From Escherichia coli (GTDB taxonomy: Bacteria; Pseudomonadota; Gammaproteobacteria; Enterobacterales; Enterobacteriaceae): DNA of 64,000 bases. Position numbers and translations under genes: made by a program. The DNA is taken from NCBI RefSeq assembly GCF_003334405.1, contig NZ_QOWM01000005.1; one strand, written 5' to 3'. Each line of letters begins with the position of its first letter. Positions within the stretch are counted from its first letter, which is position 1. The notes beneath the pieces are model-generated. The model made no database searches. It was given only the letters and a program-made list of their open reading frames with translations, and had not been told where the DNA came from. Below, in pieces: positions 1-12,601 of this stretch.

Positions 1-1362
1 GGTGGTCAGCGTTTCAACAAACGATTTGTCGATTTTCAAAATATCGACATTCAATGATTTAAGGTTATGCAAGTTAGAGTAGCCAATACCAAAATCATCA
101 ATTGCCACTTCGTAACCTGCCTGGCGGAAAGCCAGAATAATCGGCGTCATTTTGTCAACATCAAGAAATGCATGCTCAGTCACTTCAAATTTAATTTGCT
201 GCGGACGCACCGCGTATTGCTCTGTTTTCTGATTGATTCGCGCTATCAACCGTGACGTATGAAAATCGGAGGCCGACAGGTTAATAGAAACATAGCGATC
301 TGCATGTGTTGCCAGGTAATCGCCCAGATCGCGGAAGACATTATCAATAACATAATCAGTTATCTGTTCTATCATCCCCTCCTTTTCTGCCAGCGGAATA
401 AACTCTGCCGGATTCATTATTTGCCCCTGCTCACCAGGCCAACGTAACAACGCTTCAGCGCCGATACATTTTTCTGTTTTGATATCGATTATTGGCTGGT
501 AATAAAGACAAAGTTGATGTTTTTCGAGGGCGCGTTGCAATTTACGTTTGGGAGATAAATAGTTTTGTCGAATACGTAGCCAGAGTAATAGCAGAACAAG
601 ACTCCCCAAAATACCGGCGGGCAACGCAAAAATAAGATGATTATAAAAATGGGTTATAAGACGTTGATATGAAGTCGCAACAATGGCTGCAATTGGGCGT
701 TTTGTCGAATAAACTGTCGCATATAAATAGCCATTTCTTTGTACGGTTAAATCCTTCAAATGAATCAGCGGAGAAAACGTTGCTGCCGAGGCCTCTTTGC
801 TTAACGAGAAAAAGGTTTTCGTCACCGTATCATACACACCCCATTGCAATGTCGGGTCATCAGACATCACTTCACTCCAGAAGAGAGGGTTGATAACCGC
901 CACATAATTTCCCCGCTGCATATAGGTCATTTTATAGCCAGAGAAAAAAGGCGTATCGCGGTAATAATAGATAGAAACGTTAGGTTCACGCTTATAATCG
1001 GCCGGTGCAATCGTATAGCCGTTTACAGGCGCTATCAGCGATGAGCATAAAAAATGGTTATCACGGGCATAGATCAATTCATTAATATAAAGATAGCCAC
1101 GAATAATATTCAACATTCGCTTTTGATGGGCTGGAGTGCAAACTTGCCCCTGATAGCGTTCAGCTGCATCGCTCACTAAATCTGCCTGGCGAATGACCAG
1201 CTCGGATTTATCCAGTGCCAGTTGAGCAAAGGTTCGGAGCTGATTATTCACTTCTGATTTTGCCCAAAGGAAGGCAATCCATAGCGAAAGAATGATGGGA
1301 AAGAGAACTAAAAAGATAATGCCCGGCAACGCCAGTAATTGGTGTCGTGCACGATGACTCAT
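1..1362 (-). CDS. pdeC: c-di-GMP phosphodiesterase PdeC (YjcC), EAL-domain membrane protein; N-terminal 454 codons only, 3' end lies beyond the window edge
   Basis: Minus-strand frame open from position 1 to ATG at 1360-1362; translation starts [17 protein letters not shown] and reads [24 protein letters not shown] at the window edge; not in ORF track because no stop in window. Confidence 0.85.
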
Positions 1363-1642
1363 TGCTATCAATTTCCTGCCTGTTTATACCCGGCCATTGC
1401 AAGGTGAAAACCCTGGGTACCGACGTCTTTAGATAAATCTTACGGTATAAATAGCACTTTTGCCTGATTTGAAATTGATACCTTTCTAATCGTCACCTGG
1501 ATGAAAATAATTCATTGATATTCAAAATTAATTTCCTACAGGAATGCAGAGGCGGCGGGAAGATATGCCCTTAATGCCACTGAAAAACCACATAATCTGT
1601 ACAGCAATAAAAGTCACGGCCTAATATGGCTAACAAACAATC

Positions 1643-1664
1643 AATTGTGATATAGTTCACAAAA
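1643..1664. promoter_or_regulatory. predicted CRP-binding site in pdeC-yjcB intergenic region
   Basis: aattGTGATatagtTCACAaaa: perfect TGTGA-N6-TCACA half-sites with AT-rich flanks. Confidence 0.5.
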
Positions 1665-1791
1665 TTAATGAAACAAACAGAGTGTTTCATTTTTGTGTTC
1701 TGCAAGCCCCGCGATAGCCAGAGTGTACCACGCCTCCCGTGAACAACGCCGCGCTGTCCAGGGCATCGGCTCTTTTCAGAGGAATTGTTTG

Positions 1792-2073
1792 ATGGCTACC
1801 CTCACCACTGGCGTGGTTCTTCTTCGCTGGCAACTTCTTAGTGCCGTAATGATGTTTCTGGCCAGCACACTCAACATCCGTTTTCGTCGGTCTGATTATG
1901 TCGGGCTTGCGGTGATCAGCAGCGGTCTGGGCGTTGTTTCCGCCTGTTGGTTCGCAATGGGGTTGCTTGGCATCACAATGGCGGACATCACCGCTATCTG
2001 GCACAACATCGAGTCGGTGATGATAGAAGAGATGAATCAGACACCGCCACAATGGCCAATGATTTTGACCTGA
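1792..2073 (+). CDS. yjcB: small uncharacterized membrane protein YjcB (93 aa)
   Basis: ORF 1693..2073; internal ATG at 1792 gives MATLTTGVVLLRWQLL..., hydrophobic, matches recalled YjcB length. Confidence 0.8.
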   Translation: MATLTTGVVLLRWQLLSAVMMFLASTLNIRFRRSDYVGLAVISSGLGVVSACWFAMGLLGITMADITAIWHNIESVMIEEMNQTPPQWPMILT

Positions 2074-2079
2074 TACGTA

Positions 2080-2108
2080 GAAGCCTCCATAACGGAGGCT
2101 TCTTTTTT
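2080..2108 (+). terminator. intrinsic terminator after yjcB
   Basis: hairpin gaagcctcc-ataacg-gaggcttc followed by tttttt. Confidence 0.7.
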
Positions 2109-2171
2109 ATGGCTGGCAGATGCTTTAATCATCCACCTTAAAACAATATAACCTATTGTTTTAATGACAAA

Positions 2172-2708
2172 TCAGAACGGAATGTCATCATCAAAGTCCA
2201 TCGGCGGCTCGTTAGACGGCGCTGCCGGAGCGGACTGCTGCGGGCGAGACTGCGCGCCGCCGCTGAACTGATTGCCACCCTGCGGCTGCTGAGGCTGACC
2301 CCAACCGCCCTGCGGCTGACCACCACCGATATTGCCACCTGCCGGAGCGCCACCACCCTGACGACCACCCAGCATCTGCATGGTGCCGCCAACGTTCACC
2401 ACGACTTCTGTGGTGTAGCGATCCTGACCGGATTGATCGGTCCATTTACGGGTACGCAGCTGACCTTCGATATAAACCTGAGAACCTTTACGCAGATATT
2501 CGCTCGCCACTTCTGCCAGTTTGCCGAACAGCACAACGCGGTGCCATTCAGTCTGTTCTTTCATCTCGCCGGTCGCTTTATCACGCCAGGATTCGGAAGT
2601 AGCCAGCGTAATGTTGGCAACTGCGCCACCATTTGGCATGTAGCGTACTTCCGGGTCCTGACCCAGATTACCAACGAGAATAACCTTGTTTACGCCTCTG
2701 CTGGCCAT
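2172..2708 (-). CDS. ssb: single-stranded DNA-binding protein SSB (178 aa)
   Basis: ORF 2172..2771; start at ATG 2706-2708 gives [44 protein letters not shown]..., Gly/Gln/Pro-rich tail ending DFDDDIPF. Confidence 0.97.
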   Translation of the reverse strand: MASRGVNKVILVGNLGQDPEVRYMPNGGAVANITLATSESWRDKATGEMKEQTEWHRVVLFGKLAEVASEYLRKGSQVYIEGQLRTRKWTDQSGQDRYTTEVVVNVGGTMQMLGGRQGGGAPAGGNIGGGQPQGGWGQPQQPQGGNQFSGGAQSRPQQSAPAAPSNEPPMDFDDDIPF

Positions 2709-2860
2709 GTTCGTGTCTCCTGAAAAAAATCGTTCTGAATAAGTGTAAACGCGCGATTGTACCATTACCAATAGCGCTTTTACTATGTTGTGACCTCGGT
2801 TCCGGGAAACAAACCTGGCCAGACATTGTTACACAACACTCCGGGTAATGCATTCCAATA

Positions 2861-2876
2861 CTGTATATTCATTCAG
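2861..2876. promoter_or_regulatory. LexA (SOS) box in divergent ssb-uvrA promoter region
   Basis: ctgtatattcattcag matches CTGT-N8-ACAG SOS box consensus; lies between divergent ssb and uvrA. Confidence 0.8.
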
Positions 2877-2961
2877 GTCAATTTGTGTCATAATTAACCG
2901 TTTGTGATCGCCGGTAGCACCATGCCACCGGGCAAAAAAGCGTTTAATCCGGGAAAGGTGA

Positions 2962-5784
2962 ATGGATAAGATCGAAGTTCGGGGCGCCCGCACCCATAAT
3001 CTCAAAAACATCAACCTCGTTATCCCCCGCGACAAGCTCATTGTCGTGACCGGGCTTTCGGGTTCTGGCAAATCCTCGCTCGCTTTCGACACCTTATATG
3101 CCGAAGGGCAGCGCCGTTACGTTGAATCCCTTTCCGCCTACGCGCGGCAGTTTCTGTCACTGATGGAAAAGCCGGACGTCGATCATATTGAGGGGCTTTC
3201 TCCTGCCATCTCAATTGAGCAGAAATCGACGTCTCATAACCCGCGTTCTACGGTGGGGACAATCACCGAAATCCACGACTATTTGCGTTTGTTATTCGCC
3301 CGCGTTGGCGAGCCGCGCTGTCCGGACCACGACGTCCCGCTGGCGGCGCAAACCGTCAGCCAGATGGTGGATAACGTGCTGTCGCAGCCGGAAGGCAAGC
3401 GTCTGATGCTACTCGCGCCAATCATTAAAGAGCGCAAAGGCGAACACACCAAAACGCTGGAGAACCTGGCAAGCCAGGGCTACATCCGTGCTCGTATTGA
3501 TGGCGAAGTCTGCGATCTTTCCGATCCGCCAAAACTGGAACTGCAAAAGAAACATACCATTGAAGTGGTGGTTGATCGCTTCAAGGTGCGTGACGATCTT
3601 ACCCAACGTCTTGCCGAGTCATTTGAAACCGCGCTGGAGCTTTCCGGTGGTACCGCGGTAGTGGCGGATATGGACGACCCGAAAGCGGAAGAGCTGCTGT
3701 TCTCCGCCAACTTCGCCTGCCCAATTTGCGGCTACAGTATGCGTGAACTGGAGCCGCGACTGTTTTCGTTTAACAACCCGGCGGGGGCCTGCCCGACCTG
3801 CGACGGCCTTGGCGTACAGCAATATTTCGATCCTGATCGAGTGATCCAGAATCCGGAACTGTCGCTGGCTGGTGGTGCGATCCGTGGCTGGGATCGCCGC
3901 AACTTCTATTATTTCCAGATGCTGAAATCGCTGGCAGATCACTATAAGTTCGACGTCGAAGCGCCGTGGGGCAGCCTGAGCGCGAACGTGCATAAAGTGG
4001 TGTTGTACGGTTCTGGCAAAGAAAACATTGAATTCAAATACATGAACGATCGTGGCGATACCTCCATTCGTCGTCATCCGTTCGAAGGCGTGCTGCATAA
4101 TATGGAGCGCCGCTATAAAGAGACGGAATCCAGCGCGGTACGCGAAGAATTAGCCAAGTTTATCAGTAATCGTCCGTGCGCCAGCTGCGAAGGGACGCGT
4201 CTGCGTCGGGAAGCGCGCCACGTGTATGTCGAGAATACGCCGCTGCCTGCTATCTCCGACATGAGCATTGGTCATGCGATGGAATTCTTCAACAATCTCA
4301 AACTCGCAGGTCAGCGGGCGAAGATTGCAGAAAAAATCCTTAAAGAGATCGGCGATCGTCTGAAATTCCTCGTTAACGTCGGCCTGAATTACCTGACGCT
4401 TTCCCGCTCGGCAGAAACGCTTTCTGGCGGTGAAGCACAGCGTATCCGTCTGGCGAGCCAGATTGGTGCGGGCCTGGTTGGCGTTATGTACGTGCTGGAC
4501 GAGCCGTCTATCGGCCTGCACCAGCGTGATAACGAGCGCCTGTTGGGTACGCTTATCCATCTGCGCGATCTCGGTAATACCGTGATTGTGGTGGAGCACG
4601 ACGAAGACGCAATTCGCGCCGCTGACCATGTGATCGACATTGGCCCGGGCGCAGGTGTTCACGGCGGTGAAGTGGTCGCAGAAGGTCCGCTGGAAGCGAT
4701 TATGGCGGTGCCGGAGTCGTTGACCGGGCAGTACATGAGCGGCAAACGCAAGATTGAAGTGCCGAAGAAACGCGTTCCGGCGAATCCGGAAAAAGTGCTG
4801 AAGCTGACAGGCGCACGCGGCAACAACCTGAAGGACGTGACGCTGACGCTGCCGGTGGGTCTGTTTACCTGCATCACCGGGGTTTCAGGTTCCGGTAAAT
4901 CGACGCTGATTAACGACACACTGTTCCCGATTGCCCAACGCCAGTTGAATGGGGCGACCATCGCCGAACCAGCACCGTATCGCGATATTCAGGGGCTGGA
5001 GCATTTCGATAAAGTGATCGATATCGACCAAAGCCCAATTGGTCGTACTCCACGTTCTAACCCGGCGACCTATACCGGCGTGTTTACGCCTGTGCGCGAA
5101 CTGTTTGCGGGCGTACCGGAATCCCGTGCGCGCGGCTATACGCCGGGACGTTTCAGCTTTAACGTTCGTGGCGGACGCTGCGAGGCCTGTCAGGGCGATG
5201 GCGTGATCAAAGTGGAGATGCACTTCCTGCCGGATATCTACGTGCCGTGCGACCAGTGCAAAGGTAAACGCTATAACCGTGAAACGCTGGAGATTAAGTA
5301 CAAAGGCAAAACCATCCACGAAGTGCTGGATATGACCATCGAAGAGGCGCGTGAGTTCTTTGATGCCGTACCTGCACTGGCGCGTAAGCTGCAAACGTTG
5401 ATGGACGTTGGCCTGACGTACATTCGACTGGGGCAGTCCGCAACCACCCTTTCAGGCGGTGAAGCCCAGCGCGTGAAGCTGGCGCGTGAACTGTCAAAAC
5501 GCGGCACCGGGCAGACGCTGTATATTCTCGACGAGCCGACCACCGGTCTGCACTTCGCCGATATTCAGCAACTGCTCGACGTACTGCATAAACTGCGCGA
5601 TCAGGGCAACACCATTGTGGTGATTGAGCACAATCTCGACGTGATCAAAACCGCTGACTGGATTGTCGACCTGGGACCAGAAGGCGGCAGTGGTGGCGGC
5701 GAGATCCTCGTCTCCGGTACGCCAGAAACCGTCGCGGAGTGCGAAGCATCACACACGGCACGCTTCCTTAAGCCGATGCTGTAA
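2962..5784 (+). CDS. uvrA: excinuclease ABC subunit A UvrA (940 aa)
   Basis: ORF 2962..5784, [19 protein letters not shown]..., two ABC ATPase modules (GLSGSGKSS and GVSGSGKST Walker A) and Cys-rich zinc motifs. Confidence 0.98.
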   Translation: MDKIEVRGARTHNLKNINLVIPRDKLIVVTGLSGSGKSSLAFDTLYAEGQRRYVESLSAYARQFLSLMEKPDVDHIEGLSPAISIEQKSTSHNPRSTVGTITEIHDYLRLLFARVGEPRCPDHDVPLAAQTVSQMVDNVLSQPEGKRLMLLAPIIKERKGEHTKTLENLASQGYIRARIDGEVCDLSDPPKLELQKKHTIEVVVDRFKVRDDLTQRLAESFETALELSGGTAVVADMDDPKAEELLFSANFACPICGYSMRELEPRLFSFNNPAGACPTCDGLGVQQYFDPDRVIQNPELSLAGGAIRGWDRRNFYYFQMLKSLADHYKFDVEAPWGSLSANVHKVVLYGSGKENIEFKYMNDRGDTSIRRHPFEGVLHNMERRYKETESSAVREELAKFISNRPCASCEGTRLRREARHVYVENTPLPAISDMSIGHAMEFFNNLKLAGQRAKIAEKILKEIGDRLKFLVNVGLNYLTLSRSAETLSGGEAQRIRLASQIGAGLVGVMYVLDEPSIGLHQRDNERLLGTLIHLRDLGNTVIVVEHDEDAIRAADHVIDIGPGAGVHGGEVVAEGPLEAIMAVPESLTGQYMSGKRKIEVPKKRVPANPEKVLKLTGARGNNLKDVTLTLPVGLFTCITGVSGSGKSTLINDTLFPIAQRQLNGATIAEPAPYRDIQGLEHFDKVIDIDQSPIGRTPRSNPATYTGVFTPVRELFAGVPESRARGYTPGRFSFNVRGGRCEACQGDGVIKVEMHFLPDIYVPCDQCKGKRYNRETLEIKYKGKTIHEVLDMTIEEAREFFDAVPALARKLQTLMDVGLTYIRLGQSATTLSGGEAQRVKLARELSKRGTGQTLYILDEPTTGLHFADIQQLLDVLHKLRDQGNTIVVIEHNLDVIKTADWIVDLGPEGGSGGGEILVSGTPETVAECEASHTARFLKPML

Positions 5785-5790
5785 TCGTTA

Positions 5791-5820
5791 AGGCCGCTTT
5801 CTGAGCGGCCTTTTCCTTTC
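5791..5820 (+). terminator. intrinsic terminator after uvrA
   Basis: hairpin aggccgct-ttct-gagcggcct followed by T-rich tract, immediately after uvrA stop. Confidence 0.7.
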
Positions 5821-6175
5821 AGAGTTGCACCAGCAATTTACGTTTTTCTTCCGGCAGTAAATTCACCGCCTGCTGATAAGACGCATCCACCAGATAATAG
5901 ATTTGCGAATCTGGCAGCGAACCGTCGAGATACACGGTGCTCCAGTGCGCTTTATTCAGATGGCGGCTTGGACGCACATCGCTGTGCTGCTGACGTAGCA
6001 GCTCCGCCAGCTCCGGGCTGGTTTTCAGCGAAACAGCTGGGCGATTTTCTACTTCTTTCACCATCGCAAACAGTACATCTTCCACTTTGATCTGCGTCGC
6101 TTTCCAGTCATTATGCACGCTCTGTTCTGCGCCTGGTTTTGCCATGCAATATTGTAGCAACTCCGAAATGGTCAT
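5819..6175 (-). CDS. yjbR: YjbR family protein (118 aa), function unknown
   Basis: ORF 5819..6175, MTISELLQYCMAKPGAEQSVHNDWKATQIKVEDVLFAMV... Confidence 0.85.
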   Translation of the reverse strand: MTISELLQYCMAKPGAEQSVHNDWKATQIKVEDVLFAMVKEVENRPAVSLKTSPELAELLRQQHSDVRPSRHLNKAHWSTVYLDGSLPDSQIYYLVDASYQQAVNLLPEEKRKLLVQL

Positions 6176-6178
6176 TTT

Positions 6179-6595
6179 TTACTCCCCTTGTAGTGTCGCG
6201 ATGATGCGACGCGATCCGCCGTGGATGCGATGTTCCCCCAGCCAAATGCCTTGCCAGGTGCCGGTCTGAATACGCCCTTTATGCACCGGCAATACAAGCG
6301 ATGTTCCCAGCATTGAGGATTTGATATGAGAAGGCATATCGTCTGCTCCCTCATAGTCATGCTCATAATTTCCGTTGTCGGGAACGGTGCGGAGGAAAAA
6401 ACGCTCCATGTCGTGGCGTACGGTGGGATCGCAGTTCTCATTAAGTGTCAGAGAGGCGGAGGTATGTTGCAGCAACAGATGCAGTAAGCCGATGTTAACG
6501 CGCGGCATATCAGCCAGCTGATTCAGAATTTCATCCGTTACCAGATGAAACCCACGAGATTTGGCGCTAAGCGTGAGCGTCTTTTGATACCACAT
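6179..6595 (-). CDS. yjbQ: UPF0047 family protein YjbQ (138 aa)
   Basis: ORF 6179..6595, [57 protein letters not shown]...; 3-nt gap to yjbR suggests translational coupling. Confidence 0.85.
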
Positions 6596-6705
6596 GTGCT
6601 GCTCCTTGATAAAACTCTCTTAATCAGTTTGCAGCAAGACAGCGAAAGGATAAAGGTGTGATTAAAAAAACAGCATTCGGGAGAGCATCACGCTCTCCCG
6701 CTCTG

Positions 6706-7698
<993 letters not shown>

Positions 7699-7820
7699 TT
7701 AATGAACTTAATGATACAGCATTACAAAAACAATCGAAGTTTATAAAGATGATTTCTGATTGACCAGCCCCCTACCCTACAATGGTGATTAATTTTATTA
7801 CTCGCGATGGAGATGATGAT

Positions 7821-8024
7821 ATGAATATATCATATGTGAATAGCAACAAAACGACATCTTTACCTGTTGAGCTAGATGCACTAAATAATAAAGATATCTC
7901 TTATGCCAAAGATTTCTTTTTATACATAGAAACACAGTTAAAAATTGCAAAAGATTTTTTAGACCTGGAGAAGAAGTATCAAGTTCTATTGCAAGTAAAG
8001 TTTTTCACGCATTTATTGATTTAG
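7821..8024 (+). CDS. yjbS: small uncharacterized protein YjbS (67 aa) in AT-rich islet
   Basis: ORF 7782..8024; internal ATG at 7821 gives MNISYVNSNKTTSLPVELDALNNKDISYAKDFF...; very AT-rich. Confidence 0.6.
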   Translation: MNISYVNSNKTTSLPVELDALNNKDISYAKDFFLYIETQLKIAKDFLDLEKKYQVLLQVKFFTHLLI

Positions 8025-8525
8025 TTAACAAAATCAGGGGTAAGAAAGACTTTATGTATATTTGCACGCTTTGCTGTTTTGCCGAGGAGGTTAAAGGTGA
8101 TTATTCTCATTACAGGACCTTTTTATTTGATATTGGTAATCAATATAAGGTTAAACTTACACAAAGCGGAAAAAAGAGTTCTCTTTAACATTAGAATTTA
8201 ACGATACTATAATTGAATCTCAGAAAGTCACAGGCAATAAGGCAAAGCATATTCTTGAGGATATAGAAATATTCTATCGTAACAAACCCGATACTTATTA
8301 TTAAATTTAATAATGGTTAGATGTGCAGAAATTATTACTCCACCCAAAAAAACAGGATAAGGAATTCCAGATAATTGGGATAAGCTTAACAATAAAAGAA
8401 CTAACAACGTTTATTATCTCTCACGTAGAACGATGGCATCAAAAAAATCATCTATAAAGAAAGAGTGAAAGCGACGACAGTTTAATTTCACTGCAGGCTG
8501 GGTAGCTCCAGCCTGCTTTCCTGCA

Positions 8526-9719
8526 TTACATCACCGCAGCAAACGCCTTTGCCACACGTTGTACATTTGCCGTATTTAACCCGGCGACACACATGCGACC
8601 GCTGGCGATGAGATAGACACCAAATTCTTCACGTAGTCGGTCAACCTGAGCGGCACTTAAACCGGTATAACTGAACATGCCGCGCTGATTAAGCAGATAA
8701 TCGAAATTGCGTTCTGGCATCTCTGTGCTTAATACCTTCACCAATTCCTGACGCATTGCCAGAATGCGAGTACGCATCTCTTCTACTTCCGCCAGCCAGC
8801 TGGCTTTCAATGCCTCGTCATTCAGCACTGCAGCCACCACCTGCGCACCAAAATTCGGCGGGCTGGAGTAGTTGCGGCGAACTGTTGCTTTCAATTGCCC
8901 CAGTACGCGGCCAGCGGCTTCGGCATCTTCACACATAACAGAAAGTCCGCCGACGCGCTCGCCGTAAAGGGAGAAAATTTTCGAGAACGAATTGCTCACC
9001 AGAGCGGGTAATCCAGCGCTGGCAATGGCGCGAATAGCGTAGGCATCCTCTTCCATACCGGCACCAAATCCTTGATAGGCAATATCGAGGAATGGAATAA
9101 GCTCGCGGGCTTTGAGAATTTCAATCACCGCATCCCACTGATCATTAGTGAGATCGGCACCCGTTGGGTTGTGGCAACATGGATGCAGCAACACAATACT
9201 GCGGGCAGGTAATGTTTTCAGCGTCGCCAACAGGTCATTAAAGCGCACGCCGTTAGTCGCTTCGTCATACCAGGGGTAAGTACTCACTTCGAATCCAGCC
9301 CCGGCGAATATTGCTACGTGGTTTTCCCAGGTAGGATCGCTGACCCAGACGCCTGATTCCGGGAAGTAGCGTTTCAGGAAATCCGCGCCCACTTTCAATG
9401 CCCCGGAGCCGCCAAGGGTTTGAATGGTTGCTACGCGCTGTTGTTTCAGTACCGGATGGTCCGCACCAAACAGCAGCGGCGCAATGGCATGGCGATAGCA
9501 GTTAAGCCCTTCCATCGGTAAATAAAGCGAAGCGCCATGAGGCTGCGCATTCAGGCGCGCTTCCGCCTCCGCCACGGCTTGCAGTTGTGGAATAATTCCG
9601 TCTTCGTTGTAGTACAGACCGATACTTAAATTCACTTTGTCGCTGCGAGGGTCTTCTTTAAAACGCTCCATAAGCGTAAGAATCGGGTCGCCAGCGTAGG
9701 CGTCAACTTTTTGAAACAC
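8526..9719 (-). CDS. tyrB: aromatic amino acid (tyrosine) aminotransferase TyrB (397 aa), GTG start
   Basis: ORF 8526..9761; GTG at 9717-9719 gives (M)[36 protein letters not shown]..., aminotransferase class [15 protein letters not shown] lysine motif. Confidence 0.95.
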   Translation of the reverse strand: MFQKVDAYAGDPILTLMERFKEDPRSDKVNLSIGLYYNEDGIIPQLQAVAEAEARLNAQPHGASLYLPMEGLNCYRHAIAPLLFGADHPVLKQQRVATIQTLGGSGALKVGADFLKRYFPESGVWVSDPTWENHVAIFAGAGFEVSTYPWYDEATNGVRFNDLLATLKTLPARSIVLLHPCCHNPTGADLTNDQWDAVIEILKARELIPFLDIAYQGFGAGMEEDAYAIRAIASAGLPALVSNSFSKIFSLYGERVGGLSVMCEDAEAAGRVLGQLKATVRRNYSSPPNFGAQVVAAVLNDEALKASWLAEVEEMRTRILAMRQELVKVLSTEMPERNFDYLLNQRGMFSYTGLSAAQVDRLREEFGVYLIASGRMCVAGLNTANVQRVAKAFAAVM

Positions 9720-9915
9720 GCGATGGTTCTCCAGGTTTACGGGCAGGTGGTTAAAACACAATAAACCGGAAGAAGGCGAAGATCGAGTGGATGTTCAGGA
9801 GCGAACGGCAATTAGCAACAGAGTGAGACTCATGACAAACGTACATCCGCCAGAGGCACGACCTTTATAAGAGCATGAAAGAACATCAACTTATTGAATT
9901 TTTAGGATTTTATTG

Positions 9916-9945
9916 GCCGGATAAGGCATTCACGCCGCATCCGGC
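9916..9945. repeat. REP (repetitive extragenic palindromic) element
   Basis: gccggataaggcattcacgccgcatccggc, imperfect palindrome of the REP family, between tyrB and alr. Confidence 0.8.
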
Positions 9946-9971
9946 ACAGACAATCAAATATTACAGAACGA

Positions 9972-11051
9972 TTAATCCACGTATTTCATCGCGACCCTTG
10001 AAGTCAGGCGCGTAATAAGTTCGTAAGCGCTTACTTTCGTCATTTCAGCGATACGTTCTACGGGCAAACCTTCGCCCCATAAAATGACCGGATCCCCGGC
10101 TTTGTCCTGCGCCTGTGGACCTAAGTCTACGCAGATCATATCCATCGCCACGCGCCCGACAATCGGTACTTCGCGACCGTTCACCAGCACTGGCGTACCG
10201 GACGGCGCGGCGCGCGGATAACCATCGCCATAGCCCATCGCGACTACGCCAAGACGGGTATCACGTTCGCTTACCCAGGTTCCACCATAACCAACAGGCT
10301 CTCCGGCTTTATGCTCACGCACGGCAATCAGGCTGGAGGTTAGTGACATCACTGGCTGACAGCCAAAATCGGCACCGGTGGAGCGATCTTCCAGCGGCGA
10401 GACGCCATAAAGAATGATGCCCGGGCGCACCCAGTCAAAATGCGACTGTGGCCACAGCAGAATGCCACCCGACGCGGCAATGGAACGTTGACCAGGTTTG
10501 CCTTCGCAAAAGGTATTAAAGATAGCGAGTTGTTTCTCGGTTGCGCCACATTTTGGTTCATCCGCGCGCGCAAAATGGCTGACGATATTCACCGGCTGAC
10601 GAACGTTTTTGCACTGGGTCAGGCGATGATAAAACGCCTCAGCCTGTTCCGGCCTTACGCCCAGACGGTGCATACCGGTATCGAGTTTCATCCAGACGGT
10701 AACCGGCTCGTCCAGGCTAGCCTCTTCCAGCGCAGCCAGCTGTTCTTCGTTATGCACGGCGGTATGAAAATGTTGCGCAGAAATCGTCGGCAGATCTCTG
10801 GCATCAAAAAAGCCTTCGAGTAACAGTACAGGTTTGGTGATTCCCCCCGCACGCAGTCGCAGAGCTTCTTCGAGACGGGCTACGCCAAAGGCGTCAGCAT
10901 CGGGGAGCGTTCGCGCGGTCTCAAGAAGACCGTGACCATAAGCGTTCGCTTTCACCACCGCAACCATTTTACTGGCAGGGGCCAGTTCACGAAGACGTTG
11001 CAGGTTGTGTCGCAGAGCGCGGCGGTTAATCACAACAGTTGCCGCTTGCAT
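9972..11051 (-). CDS. alr: alanine racemase, biosynthetic (359 aa)
   Basis: ORF 9972..11051, [41 protein letters not shown] (PLP-lysine motif [10 protein letters not shown]). Confidence 0.96.
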
Positions 11052-11103
11052 TTGTGTTCCTTGATAAGTGTTTGCTTTAATTACCTAATTCATAAAATAA
11101 TTA

Positions 11104-12519
11104 TTATTCGTCGTCGTACTGCGGCCCCGCATAGTTGTCGAAGCGCGACCATTGACCGTTAAAGGTCAGGCGTACCGTCCCGATTGGGCCGTTACGTTGT
11201 TTACCGATAATAATTTCCGCGATGCCTTTTAAATCACTGTTTTCGTGATACACCTCATCACGATAGATAAACATGATCAAGTCCGCATCCTGCTCGATAG
11301 AGCCAGATTCACGCAGGTCGGAGTTGACCGGGCGTTTGTCGGCACGTTGTTCCAGAGAACGGTTCAACTGGGACAGCGCCACCACCGGCACGTTCAGTTC
11401 TTTCGCCAGTGCTTTCAGCGAGCGAGAGATTTCTGCAATTTCCAGCGTACGGTTATCGGAAAGCGCCGGTACGCGCATCAGTTGCAGGTAGTCGATCATG
11501 ATAAGCCCGATGCCGCCGTGTTCACGGGCAATACGGCGTGCGCGGGAACGCACTTCCGTTGGCGTCAGGCCGGAGGAGTCATCGATATAGATATTGCGTT
11601 TTTCGAGCAAAATACCCATGGTGCCGGAAATGCGCGCCCAGTCTTCGTCATCGAGCTGCCCGGTACGGATTTTAGTCTGGTCAACGCGCGACAGCGACGC
11701 CAGAGAACGCATCATGATCTGTTCTGATGGCATCTCCAGCGAGAAGATAAGTACCGGTTTATCCTGCAACATCGCCGCGTTTTCGACGAGGTTCATCGCA
11801 AATGTTGTTTTACCCATCGACGGACGCGCGGCGACGATGATCAAATCCGACGGCTGCAAGCCAGCGGTTTTTTTGTTGAGATCGTCATAACCGGTGTTTA
11901 CCCCGGTAACGCCATCGTGTGGCTGCTGAAACAACTGCTCAATACGCGCCACGGTTGCGTCGAGCACATCGGCGATGTTCTTCGGCCCTTCGTCTTTGTT
12001 CGCACGACTTTCGGCAATTTTAAAGACGCGGGATTCAGCCAGATCCAGCAGATCTTCGCTGGTACGCCCCTGCGGATCAAAACCAGCTTCGGCAATCTCA
12101 TTCGCAACCGAGATCATCTCACGGACAACGGCACGTTCACGCACGATGTCCGCATAGGCACTGATGTTAGCCGCACTTGGCGTATTTTTTGACAGCTCTG
12201 CCAGATAAGCAAAACCACCGACGCTATCGAGTTGCCCCTGGCGTTCCAGCGATTCCGCAAGAGTAATCAGATCGATAGGGCTACCGCTTTCCTGCAAACG
12301 CGCCATTTCAGTAAAGATATGACGGTGTGGGCGGGTGTAAAAATCGTCTGCTACCACACGCTCGGCTACATCATCCCAGCGTTCGTTATCTAGCATTAAA
12401 CCGCCCAACACCGACTGCTCCGCTTCGATCGAGTGCGGAGGCACTTTCAGCCCGGCAACTTGTGGATCGCGTTCGCGGGGTTCAGCCTGCTGTTTGTTGA
12501 AGGGTTTATTTCCTGCCAT
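11104..12519 (-). CDS. dnaB: replicative DNA helicase DnaB (471 aa)
   Basis: ORF 11104..12519, MAGNKPFNKQQAEPRERDPQVAGLKVPPHSIEAEQSVLGG..., Walker A ARPSMGKTTFAMN. Confidence 0.98.
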   Translation of the reverse strand: MAGNKPFNKQQAEPRERDPQVAGLKVPPHSIEAEQSVLGGLMLDNERWDDVAERVVADDFYTRPHRHIFTEMARLQESGSPIDLITLAESLERQGQLDSVGGFAYLAELSKNTPSAANISAYADIVRERAVVREMISVANEIAEAGFDPQGRTSEDLLDLAESRVFKIAESRANKDEGPKNIADVLDATVARIEQLFQQPHDGVTGVNTGYDDLNKKTAGLQPSDLIIVAARPSMGKTTFAMNLVENAAMLQDKPVLIFSLEMPSEQIMMRSLASLSRVDQTKIRTGQLDDEDWARISGTMGILLEKRNIYIDDSSGLTPTEVRSRARRIAREHGGIGLIMIDYLQLMRVPALSDNRTLEIAEISRSLKALAKELNVPVVALSQLNRSLEQRADKRPVNSDLRESGSIEQDADLIMFIYRDEVYHENSDLKGIAEIIIGKQRNGPIGTVRLTFNGQWSRFDNYAGPQYDDE

Positions 12520-12601
12520 AGTGAATGGAGTTACCGAGATAAAGAATGGGTCGAAACTTTATCATATGAAGCAGACCCTGACGATACGTTCTGGAGGACA
12601 C

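Noticed and set aside
2215-2400. Repetitive GC-rich DNA with tandem ggc/cag/ccg-type codon repeats as a possible minisatellite
   Set aside because: It encodes the known Gly/Gln/Pro-rich disordered C-terminal linker of SSB ([35 protein letters not shown]); the repetition is at the protein level, not a non-coding repeat.
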